Of a DNA stretch of 64,000 nt, positions 61,601-64,000 are shown piece by piece; position 1 is the stretch's first letter, and the number at the start of each line of letters is the position of its first letter. The stretch spans positions 1 through 64,000 of the forward strand of contig JAXLNO010000600.1 in assembly GCA_038087875.1 (NCBI GenBank), read 5' to 3'. Origin of the DNA: Malacoraja senta. Lineage: Eukaryota. Made by a program: the position numbers and the translations under genes. The notes beneath the pieces are model-generated. The model was not told the origin of the DNA. It saw only the letters and a program-made list of their open reading frames with translations, and did not search any database.

Positions 61601-64000
61601 CCCTCCTGGCCCGCTGAGTTCCTCCACCAGTTTGTGTGAGAAAGAACTGCAGATGCTGGTTTAAATCGAAGGTAGACACAAAATGCTGGAGTAACTCAGC
61701 GGCTGAGGCAGCATCTCTGGAGAGAAGGAATGGGCGACGTAATCGGGTCGAGACCCTTCTTCCTCCACCAGTTTGTTTGCTCAAGGTTCCAGTCTTTGGA
61801 GTATCTCTGCTTTCAAGATCAATATGTTAAAGAACTAATGAGACAGCTGAAGACTGCGCAATGTGAAGGAGTTAACTTAAAAACCTGGTGGTTAACAGGC
61901 CTTCAGGGAAGAGAGGCCATGGCAGAAATTTATATAAATATTTAAAGCTCTTTAGTTCAATCCAAAACCAGGATCTTAGATTAAAACAAAGACAACTATG
62001 AAGGTATGAGACGCAAGTCAGTTATGGTTGGCATTGGCTAATGTTTAAAGAATTAAGACAGAATTCATGACAAATATCCATCCCTGACCAGAATAACAAG
62101 ATATAGTTTAGTTTAGAGATACAGCACGGAAACTGGCCCCTCGGCCCACCGAGTCCGCACCGACCAGCGGTCCTTGTGCACTAGGAAGAATAAGGGGTAA
62201 GCCATTTAGAACGGAGACGAGGAAACACTTTTTCTCACAGAGAGTGGTGAGTCTGCGGAATTCTCTACCTCAGAGGGCGGTGGAGGCCGGTTCTCTGGAT
62301 GCTTTCAAGAGAGAGCTAGATAGGACTCTTAAAAATAGCGGTGTCAGGGGATATGGGGAGAAGGCAGGAACGGGGTACTGATTGGGGATGATCAGCCATG
62401 ATCACATTGAATGGCGGAGATGGCTCGAAGGGCCGAATGGCCTACACCTGCACATATTGTCTATTGTCTATTGTCTTGTACCATGGTGGTGGGTTGTTTT
62501 TGTTTTATTCTGTTGTAAATACTAATTTAATATTTGAATAAATATTTTTGATTTAAAAATTTTAAAAATAAAAGAGTCGCCTGGGATGGCCGTCATCTTG
62601 GATAATTGTGTCTGCATTCATACATGACACAGGAAAGTTCCTGAAATAGTTAACCTGTTCTCCTGGATTCCTTCATCCATGCACCACCCAGCAGTGGACC
62701 GGGGGGGGGGGGGGGGGACAGTATTCTTGCAAAGATGACCCAATGATTCCTTGTTTAAGAACTGCGGATGCTGGAAGAATCGAAGGTAGACGTTTCGGGT
62801 CTCGACCGAATGCTGCCTCACCCGCTGAGTTTCTCCAGCATTTTTGTCTACCCCGATGATTCCTACTCTGTTTTCTGACTGTTAACCAATCCTCAATCCG
62901 CACCAACGTGTTACTTCCAGGAGAGATCGACTGATGTTTTTAGATATTAACGCACTAATACACGGTGGTGCAGCGGTAGAGTTGCTGCCTTACAGCGTTT
63001 ACAGCGCCGGAGACCCGGGTTCAATCCTGACTACGGGTGCTGTCTGTACGGAGTATTACGTTCTCCCTGTGACCTGCGTGGGTTTTTCTCTGAGATCATC
63101 GGTGTACCCCCACACTCCAAAGACGTACAGGTTTGTAGGTGAATTGGCTTGGTATAAGTGTACAATTGTCACTAGTGTGTGCAGGATAGTGTGAATGTGC
63201 AGTGATCGCTGGTCAGTGTGGACTCGGTGGGCTGAAGGGCCTTTCTCCGCACTGTATCTCTGAACTAAAGCTAAAGGGAAAAGAATCAAGGGATTTCAAA
63301 TTAGCGTTAATATTGAGAACTATATTCTCCACTCGGTATCTTCCCCTTTGCTCCAACTATTACACGTGAGTTTGACTTGATTGTATTAATGTAGTTTTAT
63401 CTAATCTAAAGAATGGGATACTCCTGCACCTATTGTCTATTGTTAAGACCCGTTGAGTTAGAAAATAGAATAGAAAATAGGTGCAGGAGGAGGCCATTCG
63501 GCCCTTCGAGCCAGCACTGCCATTCATTGTGATCATGGCTGATCATCCCCAAGAGTTACTCCAGCATTTTTGTGTCTATCTTTTCTATATTCTTCTATTC
63601 AGTTCTCTCTTACATTTATCCACCTTAAATAGACAATAGACAATAGCTGCAGGAGCAGGCCATTTGGCCCTTCGAGCCAGCACCGCCATTCAATGCGATC
63701 ATGGCTGATCATCCACAATCAGTACCCCGTTCCTGCCTTCTCCCCATATCCCCTGACTCCGTTATTTTTAAGAGCCCTACCTAGCTCTCTCTTGAAAGCA
63801 TCCAGAGTACCAGCCTCCACCGCCCTCTGAGGCAGAGAATTCCACAGACTCACCACTCTCTGTGAGAAAAAGTGTTTCCTCGTCTCCGTTCTAAATGGCT
63901 TACCCCTTATTCTTAAACTGTGGCCCCTGGTTCTGGACTCCCCCAACATCGGGAACATGTTTCCTGCCTTTAGTGTGTCCAAGCCCTTAACAATCGTACA

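Overview
Vertebrate genomic DNA, very probably a cartilaginous fish such as a skate or ray (inferred from the CR1 / V-SINE(HE1-like) / Penelope repeat content). It covers the ARPC2-GPBAR1-AAMP cluster known from human chr2q35. Four internal ARPC2 coding exons lie on + (3077-19998); its last exons are not found and probably fall in the 200-N gap at 24944-25143. A single-exon GPBAR1/TGR5 bile-acid receptor lies on - (25530-26482) with an apparent 1-bp frameshift. The last four AAMP coding exons lie on - (48984-58010). Most of the rest is nested transposable elements: many 5'-truncated CR1 LINEs (one with nearly all of ORF2), V-SINEs, Rex1/Babar, L1, Tx1 and RTE fragments, Penelope ends carrying minimal hammerhead-ribozyme motifs, hAT and TIR elements, a THAP-bearing ISL2EU-like element and a probable Helentron-type element. 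A ~5-kb (GGT)-based satellite spans a second gap. Exon coordinates were read to the base; repeat boundaries are approximate and family names come from motif recognition, not searches. No clearly new biological system was found; the best leads are the ribozyme-bearing Penelope mini-elements, the GPBAR1 locus and a 620-bp palindrome inside a hAT element.
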